From: the human T2T-CHM13v2.0 reference genome, Homo sapiens
Assembly (NCBI RefSeq): GCF_009914755.1
Contig: NC_060929.1
Strand: one strand, 5' to 3'
DNA length: 64,000 nt
Each line of letters opens with the position of its first letter. Positions within the stretch are counted from its first letter, which is position 1. The translations under genes were made by a program, and so were the position numbers. The notes below the pieces were generated by a model. The model worked only from the letters and a program-made list of their open reading frames with translations. It was not told where the DNA came from and ran no database searches. Shown one piece after another: positions 12,698 through 26,980 of the stretch.

Positions 12698-14179
12698 GTA
12701 TAAAAGTATATTCAAAATGAATTATTTTTGTTTATTGGTAATTAAAAGGCAGTAATTAAAATCCCAAGTCTTTTTGTGATTGTTGTAAATTCATACTTTG
12801 AAGAGTCTTCAACATTTGGTTTTTATGGCTCTTCTACTACTGTTCTTAACCCACTACTGGACTCTTGAAGAGATCTACCCGCTTCCAATGCACTCTTGGA
12901 GGCATACCTGTTGTCTGTTATCTAGGCACAGGCTCTCACTATTTCTTTCTTTACATACTTTTCTCCAGTATCAGTAAGAATAATCTGTGCAAACCAATCT
13001 TTTGGTAAAAACAGAATATTTAAGTTAAATGTCCCCCCCACCAAAAATCTCACAATGAGCCTCAATCATGGCTGCAATGTTACTTTCTGCATTGACCCAG
13101 CAGACATCCTCCCTGACAGCAGCCAACAATTACATTATTAAATCATTTGAACAACTACAGGTGGGGGTTCAATACTAAAGTCACATGTAAATCAGTGAGC
13201 TATAAGTGGTATGAACTATATGCATACTTTTTGAACAAAAGGAAACTAGAAGAATGATAAAATAAATAAAAGCAATTGGAAAGGAAGAATCATGAACTAT
13301 ACCTGAAAAAAAAGATAAGTCTGGGTCCTTTGGACACAGCAAGTGTTATTGGCAATGCATTGTAAACAGATTTTTAAATTATAGTTAGTTTTATTAAAGA
13401 TAGTAGAAAAGCTAATATCATGTTCCTTAAATGACAGTGAGACTTACACCTTCCATTAGGCCAAAAGCACCTCCACCAAAGATCAGTTGAGCAACGCCTC
13501 CACTCCCAGCCACTCCCAGGCTCTGATCTGACACTAGGTAGGAAAGTCCTTGGAACCCTTTACCCATGACTAGCTCATGACAGAATGAGCCCTTGGACAG
13601 AGCCTTCATTCACTCCAAAGAGGCTGGGAATGGTAGGCGGGGAGGAATTTTCATGCCTAGGTCAGCTCTGGACCAGCCCAGGCCTGTGGTACAAAGAAAA
13701 ACAATAGCAGCTGAATAGCGTGGAAGAGTCCCATGCAAGCCCTGTTTAACATCAGTAACAATTTTACCCCCACCCCAAGGGCTGATACACATTCATTCCA
13801 TCTCATTTTTCCCCACCTAAGTGACTTTGGCCTCACTTCCCTGTACCCATCCACCGTAAGTCATTTCACTTTTCCTCTTATTGTTCTTTCATTTTTGCCT
13901 TTATTGAGTAGTTCCCAGTCTGTTATATCGTTCTTAATTTAAATCATAGAGCATCAAACTATGCCATAATCCTGTATATTATGCTATTCGCACCCTCCAG
14001 TATCATGCATGCTTCTTTCCGGTACAACTTGTATTTACCAGGTTACTCGTATTTAGTGCATTTCATATTTGTCTACCCATGTCCCTCTTTTTATCATTTT
14101 GCCAATTGTTCAAACCTCACTCATTAAGCTACACAGTGGATGTAAACCTGATCATGAATGACTCCTCTGCTGACTTCTC

Positions 14180-14420
14180 AAGGTCATCTTGAATTATAAG
14201 TCAATCTTCCAAGGTTGTTGTTACGTCTCCCAACTTAGAGTCCTCTGTGAAACTTTATGAGCATGTTCCATATTTTATCATCCAAGTCACTGATAAAATG
14301 TTAAATATTACCATCCTAGACAGACCCCTGCAGAACATCATTTTATGTGTCCTTTTAGTTGCCTCTGAAACATTAATAACTTCTCATTGAATATGATCCT
14401 TGAACCAATCTGTACCCAAC
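14180..14420 (-). mobile_element. CR1/L3 LINE RT-domain fragment
   Basis: tcatccaagtcactgataaaatgttaaat...gacagacccctgcag is the antisense of a degenerate QGSVLGPVLFNIFINDLDE region. Confidence 0.65.
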
Positions 14421-15669
14421 CAAGAGCCAGAAGTGTACTTCCCTAGATTGATAGTGCTATTTTAAATCTATATGCTACAACCCTGAGAAAGGAATTTTGT
14501 ACTCTTCTAGCCTCTTCAGAGATAGAAAAGATTTTAATTTTATCAGCTTAAAACTGACCAGTCAACACATGCCAAACAATAACCCCGGATAATTTAGCAC
14601 TCTTCATAAATGTGATATTTTCAAAAGCTATAAAAAAGAACTCCCTATTAATAACTCTGACTATAAAGGTTCATCACAGGCTACTATTCTTCCCTCTTTG
14701 AACTTAACGACAACTCAAGTCAATGCCCTCCTTTTTTCTTTTGTTGCAGCTGCTATTGGGTTGGAAAAGACTGTTGTTGGAAAGGACTGTTGTCCAGGCT
14801 CCAAAAAGTCCAGACAAGGTCTCCAGAGACTCTCTATTTTTCCTCCAGATCCTTTTACTGACATTAATGATGAAGCAGCTTTGTCTGTGTCTCTGCCTTG
14901 GTTAGCAATGCCTTAGTGACAGGGCAGCTCCAGATGCATTAGATCAGCAGCTGATGCCATCATGCGAATGTCTAACACTTACTTTAGGTAGGTGACACTT
15001 CTTAATATTCAATCCTGTCTTCACAATGTCGACTTGTCCCACCATAGATGGGTGTTCTTTTTATCATTATTTTTGAGACTGTTAATGTTTTTGCTTGTAA
15101 TTCCTCTAAAGAGCGTTTAAGAAAAAATAATTATTTATAACCTTTAATGCTAGGAGGGTAGTGTAGTTTGCCTGGAAGAATATGCATCACAGAGTTCTTG
15201 TTTAGAAATGGTAATTAATTTTACAGTCAACAGTAGTGTGACACACTGTCTCTGACTAGACGTCCACCATGGCTTCCTGCCAGTCCTTTGGAAGAATATT
15301 AATTGACGTCCAGTGCTAAGCAGTCTCTTTGCTGTGTATTTAAATGAAACAAAGTGCTTTAAATTAAACAAATACATTCTAAACTTGCATATTCAATACA
15401 AGTTCTGTATCTTGATAGCGCCAAAATACACATTTGGTTTATATCTTTATTTTTCCTCTTTTTTTTTTTTTGTTCTCGTTCTTATACTCCTGACTCTTAT
15501 AGAGCCCTATTATTTGCCTTTCTTAATTTTAACTCACTGCTTTTCTTCTAACTTCTTACAATATCTGCTTGGGGTGAATTTCTACAACAAATACTCTATT
15601 TCTCCAACAATCCTGAACAATTTACTCCTAGGTTACTGATCTTTCTCTTTGCAAGGTTTTTCAAGTGAC

Positions 15670-15850
15670 AATCTTCAACAATTTTAGTAACAATGTGTAT
15701 AGAGTGCTTATTAATTTGCTAAGGATGCCAGATTAAGTTACATGGTGAACATATTTAAAAATAATAATAACAAAATTTTAAATGACCTTGACAATTAGAG
15801 AATTGGGCACATAAACTAGATTTAGTTTCATGGGAAAATTACATGATCAT
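15670..15850 (+). mobile_element. CR1/L3 LINE RT-domain fragment
   Basis: ttcaacaattttagtaac...tgcttattaatttgct...gaccttgacaattagagaattgggc, a degenerate FNIFIND..LIKFADD..DLDRLE.W region. Confidence 0.5.
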
Positions 15851-16041
15851 TCATGCTGAGGGGAGAAAAACAGTCCACGAATTGAGGGTGGGAAGTAACA
15901 GTTAGATAAAATGGGGTTGGGGTAGGGAGGAAGAGGCCTGCTTCTATATAGCCAATGGCCAGGATGATGAATTGGGTATGATGAAGCCAAGATACTCAGA
16001 TGTGGAAATTGGAACATCACACAGCATGTAAAAAATACATT

Positions 16042-16137
16042 CTCTATTTTATTAATCTGTTAGGTTTAAAAAAAAAACTAGAATTTTTTAAAACAAAACT
16101 AACAGATTAATAAATTAGAGATTTATTAATCTCTAAT
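16042..16137. repeat. Nested AT-rich inverted repeats (quasi-palindrome)
   Basis: 22-bp arms 16042-16063 / 16099-16120 pair 21/22; perfect 11-bp (16105-16115 / 16121-16131) and 10-bp (16114-16123 / 16128-16137) stems overlap. Confidence 0.9.
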
Positions 16138-16429
16138 ATCATATAAGCTACTGCAATCCCCAGCTTATAGGATAAGAATGCTGGAAAAATTCAGGTAGAA
16201 AAAGTAGCATTTAAAATGAAGGTTCATTGGTACAGGTATGTATATTCTCTATGTTCACACAAAAATCAGGTGATGGAGTTTTTCATAATATTCATCACCT
16301 GTTTTAAAGCAAACACAAGAGTCATCTGTAATCTACATGATTTTGTTTGGAAAAACATTTTGTGAATTAAGTTAGATCATCTAACTACATTATTCACATA
16401 ATAATATAATTTTAGATCTGGCAGTAAAT

Positions 16430-16575
16430 ACCTTTCTTCTTCTTTTTTTTTTCTTTATACAGCAGTAGAAGACTTTCTTCATTTAAAATCTTACAGGAAA
16501 TCCCTGTGTTCAAAAGGAAAAAAAAAATCAGTAGGGGATCTGGAGCCCAGCCAGCACTGTCCTCTTTCTCCCAAG
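16430..16575. mobile_element. MER103C-like hAT-Charlie fragment
   Basis: agcagtagaagactttcttcatttaaaatcttacagga...ggagcccagccagc resembles the remembered consensus. Confidence 0.4.
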
Positions 16576-16577
16576 AG

Positions 16578-16712
16578 GGGAAAACTGATCCAAACCGAGG
16601 TCCGAACTGGATGGACTCCTCGAGAATCAGAACTTCAATACCAGTGACGTAATTGGAACCCAGGTCCCTGGCCCCCCAGTTCTGGGCTCTTTCTACTATT
16701 CGACGCTGCCTC
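16578..16712 (-). mobile_element. MIR-family SINE, 5' part
   Basis: ggaacccaggtccctggccccccagttctgggctctttctactattcgacgctgcctc is the antisense of the MIR tRNA-derived head. Confidence 0.65.
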
Positions 16713-18517
16713 CTGCAAAACGTGTCCTATTTTGAGGCACCCTTGTTTATCACAGATTTGTTGTACTCCCCTTTTTTTGCAGTCTTTGAAATTTCTTTTC
16801 TCGTGTTCTCTCACTTATTTCCCAAAAGCCATTTGTTATGTAACAGATGAATATGTGTTCCTGTTTATAAATATTCTACAGTAAGTCAAGAAAATGTGGG
16901 GAAATAGGGGGAAAAGGCTAATAGGACCTTCAAACCCTCTATCTGGAAATGTCGGGAATCTAGACTGTGTCTAAGGGGCAAAGGTCACAAAAGAAGAACA
17001 AAGCCAGGAAGCTGAACCTGGTCTTGTATGTTTGGATCCCATCTCATTCGTTTTTCCCTTCATTTTCAGTCTGTCCAAAATTAGGATGTTTGGTGTTATG
17101 GAGGTTCACCTGGGAAAAATCAGGAGGCCGCCGAGTGTAACTGTGGGATGGCATCACAGTAAGCAAGAAGCTTAAAATCTAATCCATTACCAGGGAATTG
17201 AATCCAGGGAACATGGCTTCATTAAAGACTACGACTTTATAAATAACTACACATAAATAGACCGCTTTGCCTTAGAGAATAATATATTTCAAAATTATTA
17301 TCTACTTAAAATATTTTACCTAAAAGAATTCACAATTAGCTTTCAATATTTAAACAGTACATTAGAAATGGAATGATTATAAATATCAGAAACAAAAGCC
17401 ACTTCATTACAGTATGAACATATGCTAACATACCACATACTGCTTTTGAATTTAATAATAATATAGTTTATCTTTTTTTAACTGACATAAGGGTTTTGAT
17501 AATAGCTAATATAAATATATGAAATGTCAAATTTAGAAGATAGTGCTTAAACATTTGTCTCTTAGAGAGTATTGTTAAACTTAACTTTTATTAACTCTGA
17601 GAATCAAAGAGAAATATGGTGATGCTAGTGAACGTTTGAAAATCTTTTATTTTATCACTTTTAATGCATGTTTAATATTTAACATTCATCTTATTACAGT
17701 CAGGAATTGTGAAATGCTTGTGCTGTTTCTAAACAGTTTTAAAGTTCAATGCACAGTCACAATTCAGAGGGGAGATTTCACACATTTATGGAAAATAAGC
17801 CATTTTTGCAGTAAAGTTGCAAAGTGTGAAAGAATTCTTGTTTTATCTGCCTTACTTATCATGTTTATGAATTATTTTGCCTGGAAGTAAATTGACAAGT
17901 TGTCAATGAACAATAGAAAGTGCCCCAGCTAGGCTTTTCACAGGTTCAGATGCCTTTGGGCAAAAGGGCTAAATCTGTAGTTGCAATCTAGCATATGGAG
18001 CACTGAAAAAAGTGGCAACAGGGTGAGAGACATTCCCTGCAAAATGCATGCGGTTGTTGCTCTCTAACCAATCTGCTTGGACCACTGTACATTATGAATT
18101 CAGGTACCATCGTCTTGCCATACAGGAATAGGATTCCTTGCCTCCATATAATAATTTGTTTCTGTTTTATCCTAGTTTACTTTGGTCTACTTTGTCATTT
18201 TGAACTATTTTAATTCTCCAAATGATTATTATTAAATATTCATCTTTAGTAATAAAAAGCCATTTCCCTATTCTAGGTGACTGTCTATTGGAAACTTCCC
18301 ACAGAATCCCATAGGAAGGAAAACAATCTCAGAGACCCTTTTTTCAGTGGGTAAGGGTAGACCTTGACTTCCGCCTTTAACCACCACATTTTAGGATTAC
18401 CTGGCTATAACATTTCATGTCCTTTTCTCCCATCTCATGTTTTTCACAATGCTATTTTGAGACTATTTTATGATAACTCATACAGCTGAATAAATTACTA
18501 AACAGCTAAGTGGGCTT

Positions 18518-18532
18518 TCAGTAGATGGCACT
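18518..18532 (+). promoter_or_regulatory. Candidate CTCF site
   Basis: TCAGTAGATGGCACT matches CCRSYAGRKGGCRSY at 14/15; motif only. Confidence 0.4.
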
Positions 18533-19009
18533 CTTTGTTCTGAATCAGCCCAATATTGTTTTGCCACTTCACTGAAAGGCCAGCTGTTCTTTGAAGCTCC
18601 TGCCTTCCAGATATGCCACTCTCTAAGACACAGGGATGTGGTTTAGGGTAAAAGTTATGGCTGGGATTTCTAACCCAAGAAACAAGAAGGACACAAAAGA
18701 CAGCCTCATGAATAAGAGTTCATTAGGAAAAAAAAAAAAGCTGAAGTTTGAATATGAGAAAAGCCAAGTCCGGTGTCAGTTATGGATGTGGTTAGACTCA
18801 TAGAGCCAAGAGTTTTAATGTAGACTTGAAATAAGCTCAGAGAAAGTGCATGTTAGAAAGAAGTGACGTGGAAGGTGACTGGGATTTTATAGGAAAATCT
18901 AAAAGTGATGATTACTGACCTTGATGGGCCAGCCAGCTCATGGTGTATGGGAGGGTCAGGCCAGACAAAGCAGGAGTATATTTCTGCTCTCTAGTGGTTT
19001 CTTGTTTAT

Positions 19010-19843
19010 CACACACCCCTTTTCTATCTGTCTCCACAGTCATTGATGATTCTTGCCCCTGGTTTGCACTCTTTTCCTAATCTCCAGGCATCATCTTGTG
19101 TCACTTCCACACTAAGTAGATGATCTCTTTAGTACTTGTAAGTCTCCTCCATTGGGAGCTTCTCTAGCCTTTCATCTTCATTTCATTGTAACAATGTCGT
19201 GGCCACATCCTGGACCTTGTCTCCACTTACAAAATAATTCACTCAGAGAGTGGGATCTCCTGCTCTATTCACAGTGTTATAATGTATGGATAGTGTTATA
19301 ATGGGTTCCTGCTACTGTGTTGCCTCAAAACCTACTCTTCACGTTTAATATATTCCCCAACACGTCAACCCCCGCCTACTTAGGTTCCAACTCCAACTAC
19401 CTGCATTAATCTCACTGTTAACGTAATAATTTTAATGACAATATTACCAAAACCTCCAATTCACTCACTCCCATAAGGCAATGTACAGTGGAAAAGAACA
19501 TTCCTGGAATCAGAGAGTACTACAGGCTTTTGCCACTTTTGAAAACCTGCTATTTCAAACTTTGTTCATCTGTAAATTAGACTCAATGTCTAACAAATAC
19601 CTTTTTTATTGAGAAATTGCTGCTGCTTTAATGAAATAACACAGATAATATCTCTTCAGACCAGTTTCTTCTCCATCGTCTTCCCTTACTCTTCTGCTGT
19701 AACCATCCTGAAAATTCCACATCAGGAATGAGCCCTTCTATTCATTTTTATCTACTCCTGTTCCTAGGCTTCTGAAGGCACCCAGGAAAATCTCTTAACT
19801 GTGCTAATAATTTTTGCAAATTTAGGAATTTCTACTAATTCTT
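19010..19843 (+). mobile_element. L2 LINE, endonuclease region (left piece), with MIR insertion
   Basis: catcatcttgtgtcacttccac and ggccacatcctggaccttgtc (degenerate ILGDFN and GHTLDLV motifs); resumes after the L1 at 22248. Confidence 0.65.
19476..19650 (+). mobile_element. MIR SINE inside L2
   Basis: aggcaatgtacagtggaaaagaaca...ggaatcagaga...ttcatctgtaaa. Confidence 0.55.
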
Positions 19844-22236
<2,393 letters not shown>

Positions 22237-22247
22237 TACTAATTCTT

Positions 22248-22565
22248 GAACACTACCTAACAATTATTTTATCTTTACTTGACTCCTTTTCCTACTCTTC
22301 ATACCAGCTGATCCAAACCCGTCTCATTCTCTACAAGCCTCCTCCTGCCCCACTGTCCCTAGGAAGATGGCTATGTCTCTTCCTTTTCAGAAGGAAGAAA
22401 ATAGAGTCCATCAAGCATCAAGTACCTCAACGTTGTCCCCACCCTCTCTTGATAGGTATCTATCATTATCCACCCTTACTGTTCACTTTTTTTTTAGATG
22501 TGGTGCTCTATTCCTTTCCAAGGCCAACTTCTTCAACTATGTCCTTTACCCCTTTATCTATCTAT
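22248..22565 (+). mobile_element. L2 LINE continuation (right piece)
   Basis: gaaaatagagtccatcaag and ctttccaaggccaacttcttc match the L2 ORF2 region following the 19.8-kb piece. Confidence 0.6.
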
Positions 22566-23224
22566 TTAGAGTTGCTATGTGGAGCTCATCAATATTTTAA
22601 GATGCCCTCATGCCTATGTGGGACCAATTTTAATGTGCAAAGTAGGAAAAGCCTTATCTCTTCTCGTCTGTAACTTAAACTTTACTTGGCCTTTGCTTTC
22701 AACCTCTACCCTTTGCCAGTTTTTGCAATAGTTTATAGGAATTAAGTGATTTATATTTTATTTATTCCCTTATCTTCCCTCTAGAGGTTGGTGCTAATAA
22801 ATTGGGAAATGGCCAGGAGGGAGGAAGATGCCAAGCATGGGAGAGAGGAGTTTGTCAGGAAAAACCTGTAAAATGAAATATGTAAGCCAGATAAGCAAAA
22901 GCTGACTGTTAATCTCTTTGAAAACAGATATACTCTGGGATGATGTCAAAATTAATTAAGACACAGAAAGCAATCAGAATTATAAAATATGCTCCCAGTT
23001 GTTTGAATCCTATTTTCCCATTAAAAGAGTGTTATCCAAGGTGGAAAAGTTACCAAAGACCTAAAAGCTCCTGTAATCTTTATGTCTAAAATATGAAAGT
23101 GAATACCATAATTTTATCTGGATCCTGAAACATGAATTCTAAGTTCCATCTGAGACCCCAGAAACCCACATTCAAGGAATACTTCTGTAGGGAATTGAGC
23201 AGGATGTTTTTTATGTACATGTTT

Positions 23225-24031
23225 TAGGAGCATTCTCTCAAACAGGGTTTTTCTCCTGCTCTCACACCACAACATGACAACAATCATCAGCAAAGACTTC
23301 TATGACTAAATTATAGCAGTTTTTCCCCACACACCAAGCATTGGACACCAGCTGGATGTCCTCCAATGTGATTCCAACATATCTACCTGTACATAGATAG
23401 TGTCAGATTCAACGGATTGGGGGATCAGTCCCCAAGACTGCCCCTCTTCTGCCCCCCAAGACACCAGTCATAAGCCTGAGCCTTCAGAACTTCTGACCGA
23501 CTGTCTTTAAGTTGGGGTTTTCATGACCCCCTCTTTGGGTTTGACTAATTTACTAGAGCAGCTGACAGAACTCAGGAAAACACTCACTTACATTTACCAA
23601 CTTATTATAAAGGATATTAAAAAGGATACAGATGAAGAGGCATGGGAGAAGGGGCAGGGAGCTTCCATTCCCTCCCTGGGCGTGCTACCCTTCAGGAACC
23701 TCCTTGTGTTTAGCTATCCAGAAGCTCTCTCAACCCTGTCCTCTTTGGGTTCTATGGAGGCTTTATTACATATATATGATTGATTAAATCATTGGCCATT
23801 GGTGATCAACTTGACCTTCAGCTCCTCTCCTCTCCCAGGAGGTAGTGGGGTGGGGCTAAAAGTCCCAACCCTCTAATTATGTCTCTGTCTATCTGGTGAC
23901 CAGCCCCATCCTAAAGCTGTTGGTCAACTTTGGCATACAAAAAGACAGCCCTTTGGACAGCCTAAGAATTCTAGGAGTTGTACACCAGAAAACAAGGAAG
24001 AAGACCCACTAAATGTATTTCACAGCATACA
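23225..24031 (-). mobile_element. MER21A-like ERVL solo LTR
   Basis: Reverse complement starts tgtatgctgtgaaatacattt...gtacaactcctag; internal attggccattggtgatcaacttgaccttcagc; ~800 bp. Confidence 0.85.
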
Positions 24032-24299
24032 GTGCTGGAGCTACAACAAAAGTAGTTTTCCAGAAATGTAAAAGGGGAGAAGGTAATTGCTCATCTATCT
24101 ATGGTTATATCTGTGTTATATTGGAATATTTTCTGGCTACTTTTACATTTGTCTTCTTTTTTCCTTCATTATCTTTTGTCCCTTTCTCCCTTTGTCCAAA
24201 TACTCCATTCCTGTTTTATTTGACTTTGTTTAGCTCCATCTCCTCTTGCCTTCTTATTTCTTCCCCACTTTCCTATTTGCTCCTATGGACTCCAAGAAG

Positions 24300-24470
24300 G
24301 AGAGAGTTAAGTGGCATCATATGCCTAACTCTCTCATTTTACAAATGAAGAAATTGAGACCCAAAAGGTTAAGTGGCTTGTCCAATGTCTCATAGTAGTT
24401 AGAAGCAGAACCCCAAGGCTACATTGCAAGTCTCTTGAAACTAATTCTGAATTATTTCCATTATGCCCAT
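24300..24470 (-). mobile_element. MIR3/MIRc SINE
   Basis: ctcattttacaaatgaagaaattgagacccaaaaggttaagtggcttgtcca. Confidence 0.75.
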
Positions 24471-24789
24471 AACCTCTGCCATCTCCATCCTTCACAGTGC
24501 AGATTGGCTTTCAGACATTTCAGGCATAAGGAGAATAAAAGCAGTGAAGGGCTAGAGTAGTGGCAGGGTATGTGTCTCAGACATGTTTGGGGAGTACAAT
24601 GAGCTCCTGCATCGGCCCACTCTTTCCTGTCATGAAAGGATGCCATACGTCACACCAAGCCCTTTTGCTGTGCCCTTCTTACATATGACTTCCTTTCCAT
24701 TGGCATTTCCACCCCTTCCCTCACTGCTACACACACACCTTCAGAGACCCCTGTTCAACCATGGACTGCTCTGCCCCTCTCCGTGTACA

Positions 24790-25020
24790 GAGCCCTCTCT
24801 CTGTTCTTATTCTCCGTAGCATTTATCACCTTGCAAAAGACCAAATAACTTATATGTATTATGTGTATTGTTTGTAGTTTGTCTCTCTCTGCAAGAACAT
24901 AAGCTCCATGAGGGCAGGGATATTTTTCTCTTTAATTCATCAATATATTCCAAGCACCTAGAACAGTGTCTGGTGCATTACAGATGCTCAATATTTATTA
25001 AATGAATTGAATGAATGAGT
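24790..25020 (+). mobile_element. L2a 3' end
   Basis: aagctccatgagggcagggat...cacctagaacagtgtctgg...aatgaattgaatgaatga. Confidence 0.85.
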
Positions 25021-25150
25021 CAGAACAACTGGCACATATAAGACTTCTTCTTCAAAGTTTCTAGAGACTCAAGGGTGTGATTGCAACCAAAACAAATTTA
25101 ATATACAAAATAATTAAATTGTTCAACTCATTAGCTCTGCTTCTGTGCTC

Positions 25151-25193
25151 TGTGGTGTGTGTGTGTGTGTGTATGTGTGTTTGTGTGTGTGTG
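25151..25193. repeat. Imperfect (TG)n microsatellite
   Basis: Directly visible. Confidence 0.95.
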
Positions 25194-25478
25194 AGTCCAT
25201 TTTCACACTGCTATAAAGAACTGCCTGAGACTGGGTAATTTATACAGGAAAGAGGTCTAATTGACTCACAGTTCAGCATGGCTGGGGAGCCCTCAGGAAA
25301 CCTACAATCATGGCAGAAGGTGAAGGAGAAGCAGGCACCTTCTTCACAAGGCAGCAGGAGAGAGAGAGAGAGTGAAGGGGCAAGTACCACTTTTAAACCA
25401 TCAGGTTTCATGAGAACTCCCTCACTATCACAAGAACAGCATGGGGGAAACTGCCCCAATGATCCAACCAAACCGTGT
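25188..25478 (-). mobile_element. THE1D-like MaLR solo LTR with internal deletion
   Basis: agtccattttcacactgctataaagaactgcctgagactgggtaatttata...ctcactatcacaagaacagcatgggggaaac; terminal ccaaacc retained. Confidence 0.9.
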
Positions 25479-25645
25479 GTGTGTGTGTGTGTGTGTGTGA
25501 GTGTGTGTGTGTGTGTGTATGAGACAGAGAAAGAGAGAAAGAGAGGGGGGGAAGGAGGGAAGAGCTAAGGAGAGAGAGAAAGGTGAAAAAGATAGAGATG
25601 GGGTGCAAGAGATGTGAGAGAGAGAGACAGAGACAGTGAGAGGAA
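25475..25645. repeat. (TG)n microsatellite followed by a GA-rich low-complexity tract
   Basis: Directly visible. Confidence 0.95.
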
Positions 25646-25742
25646 GCGTCAATAAAACTTATTTTGAAAGCGGGGCAATGTATAAATGATGCATTTTTAA
25701 ATTTTAAACATGAAAGATGAGTTTTTAGGTGCAACAATTTGT

Positions 25743-25757
25743 AGTGCTCCCTGTTGG
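25743..25757 (-). promoter_or_regulatory. Weaker candidate CTCF site
   Basis: Reverse complement CCAACAGGGAGCACT matches the core at 13/15. Confidence 0.25.
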
Positions 25758-26980
25758 GGTTTCTGGTACCAATTAATCAAACCCCTCTCTTCTGAAATAA
25801 TTGAGATTTAGTGGGTGGAAATAAAAAGACCATATCTGTTGTATTTTACTGCCAAAAATATGTTGGAAAACAGTCTAGAATGAAAGTATAGATGAACTTC
25901 CTATGTGTTGCACCCTGTGTTGAGATTTCCCATCTAGTCACAGGAGGAGCAGGTGGACAGTGCTGGCCTCCTGCTCTACAGGCAGCGATTGCCCTCAGCA
26001 GGGTCACTGGCAGGAAGGAAAGAGGGGAGAGGGGACCGAGAGCTAGGAGCCTGAGGGACACATGCTCACTGATCTTTCCCTCCAGCTCTGTGGGAGGAGG
26101 TGACAGGAAGCTTTCTGCCAAATATTTCCAACAGAGCAAAAGTTCCTATTTAATGGGTCATAAATTCCTGAAGTTCTCTATGACATTTCACCGGGTCATA
26201 ACTTCTTAAAAAGATAAAGAAGAGTCTACAGTCATAAGGTGCAGCAATCACTTCAGCAGTTCACCCCAGGCCATGTCTCCACCAACCCCATAACCCTCCT
26301 CCTCAAAGAAGGAAACTGGAGCCAAAAAAAAAAAAAAAACCCTCTTCACAGACAGCAAGACAAACCCACTCAGGCCCACTCAAGGGCCAGTCAGTCAGCC
26401 GTACATCTGGAGAAAGCCTAGATAACACTCCCTTCCATAAATTATAGAAAATAAATAGAGGTAAAGTATAGCCATAACATGACATCTAACAGAAAAACAA
26501 CAATCACAAGTAACTGGTGCAGAATTGTCAATGTTGAAGCAAAGCTGAGAGATGAAATCAAAAGTCTTTTTTAAGAAATAGTTTGTAATCACCAAGATCC
26601 TCTTTTTTCTTAGAGAACACTTCTTTAAAAATCAATAAAGTTTCCTGACCACAGCTTCTTGGTCACTTTTATGGGAAAGCATGCTGTTGGTTTGAGTCCA
26701 AGGATTCTGACACATGCAGTGCTCCTTGAAGTCATTTGAAGAGCAGACTCAAGTCCAGGACTCAGAATGGCTATGTTAGTTCAATATGGTTCCAGTTTTT
26801 GTGTAACATTATTCTGGAGTAGGAAGTCACAGGAAAATCAGTATCCCCTGGAATTTTGGAGCTCAAGACAGGTCTAGCATTCACAGTGTGAAGTGTCTGT
26901 GGTATAAACAAAAATGGTGACTTATAGTCATTCAAAATAGTAAACTACTATTTAATGTTCTAAAAATCTATTTATACAGG

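Noticed and set aside
17891-17907. Short palindromes (attgacaa-g-ttgtcaat; also 31735-31758 and 47977-47996)
   Set aside because: Stems of 8-10 bp are expected by chance at this window size
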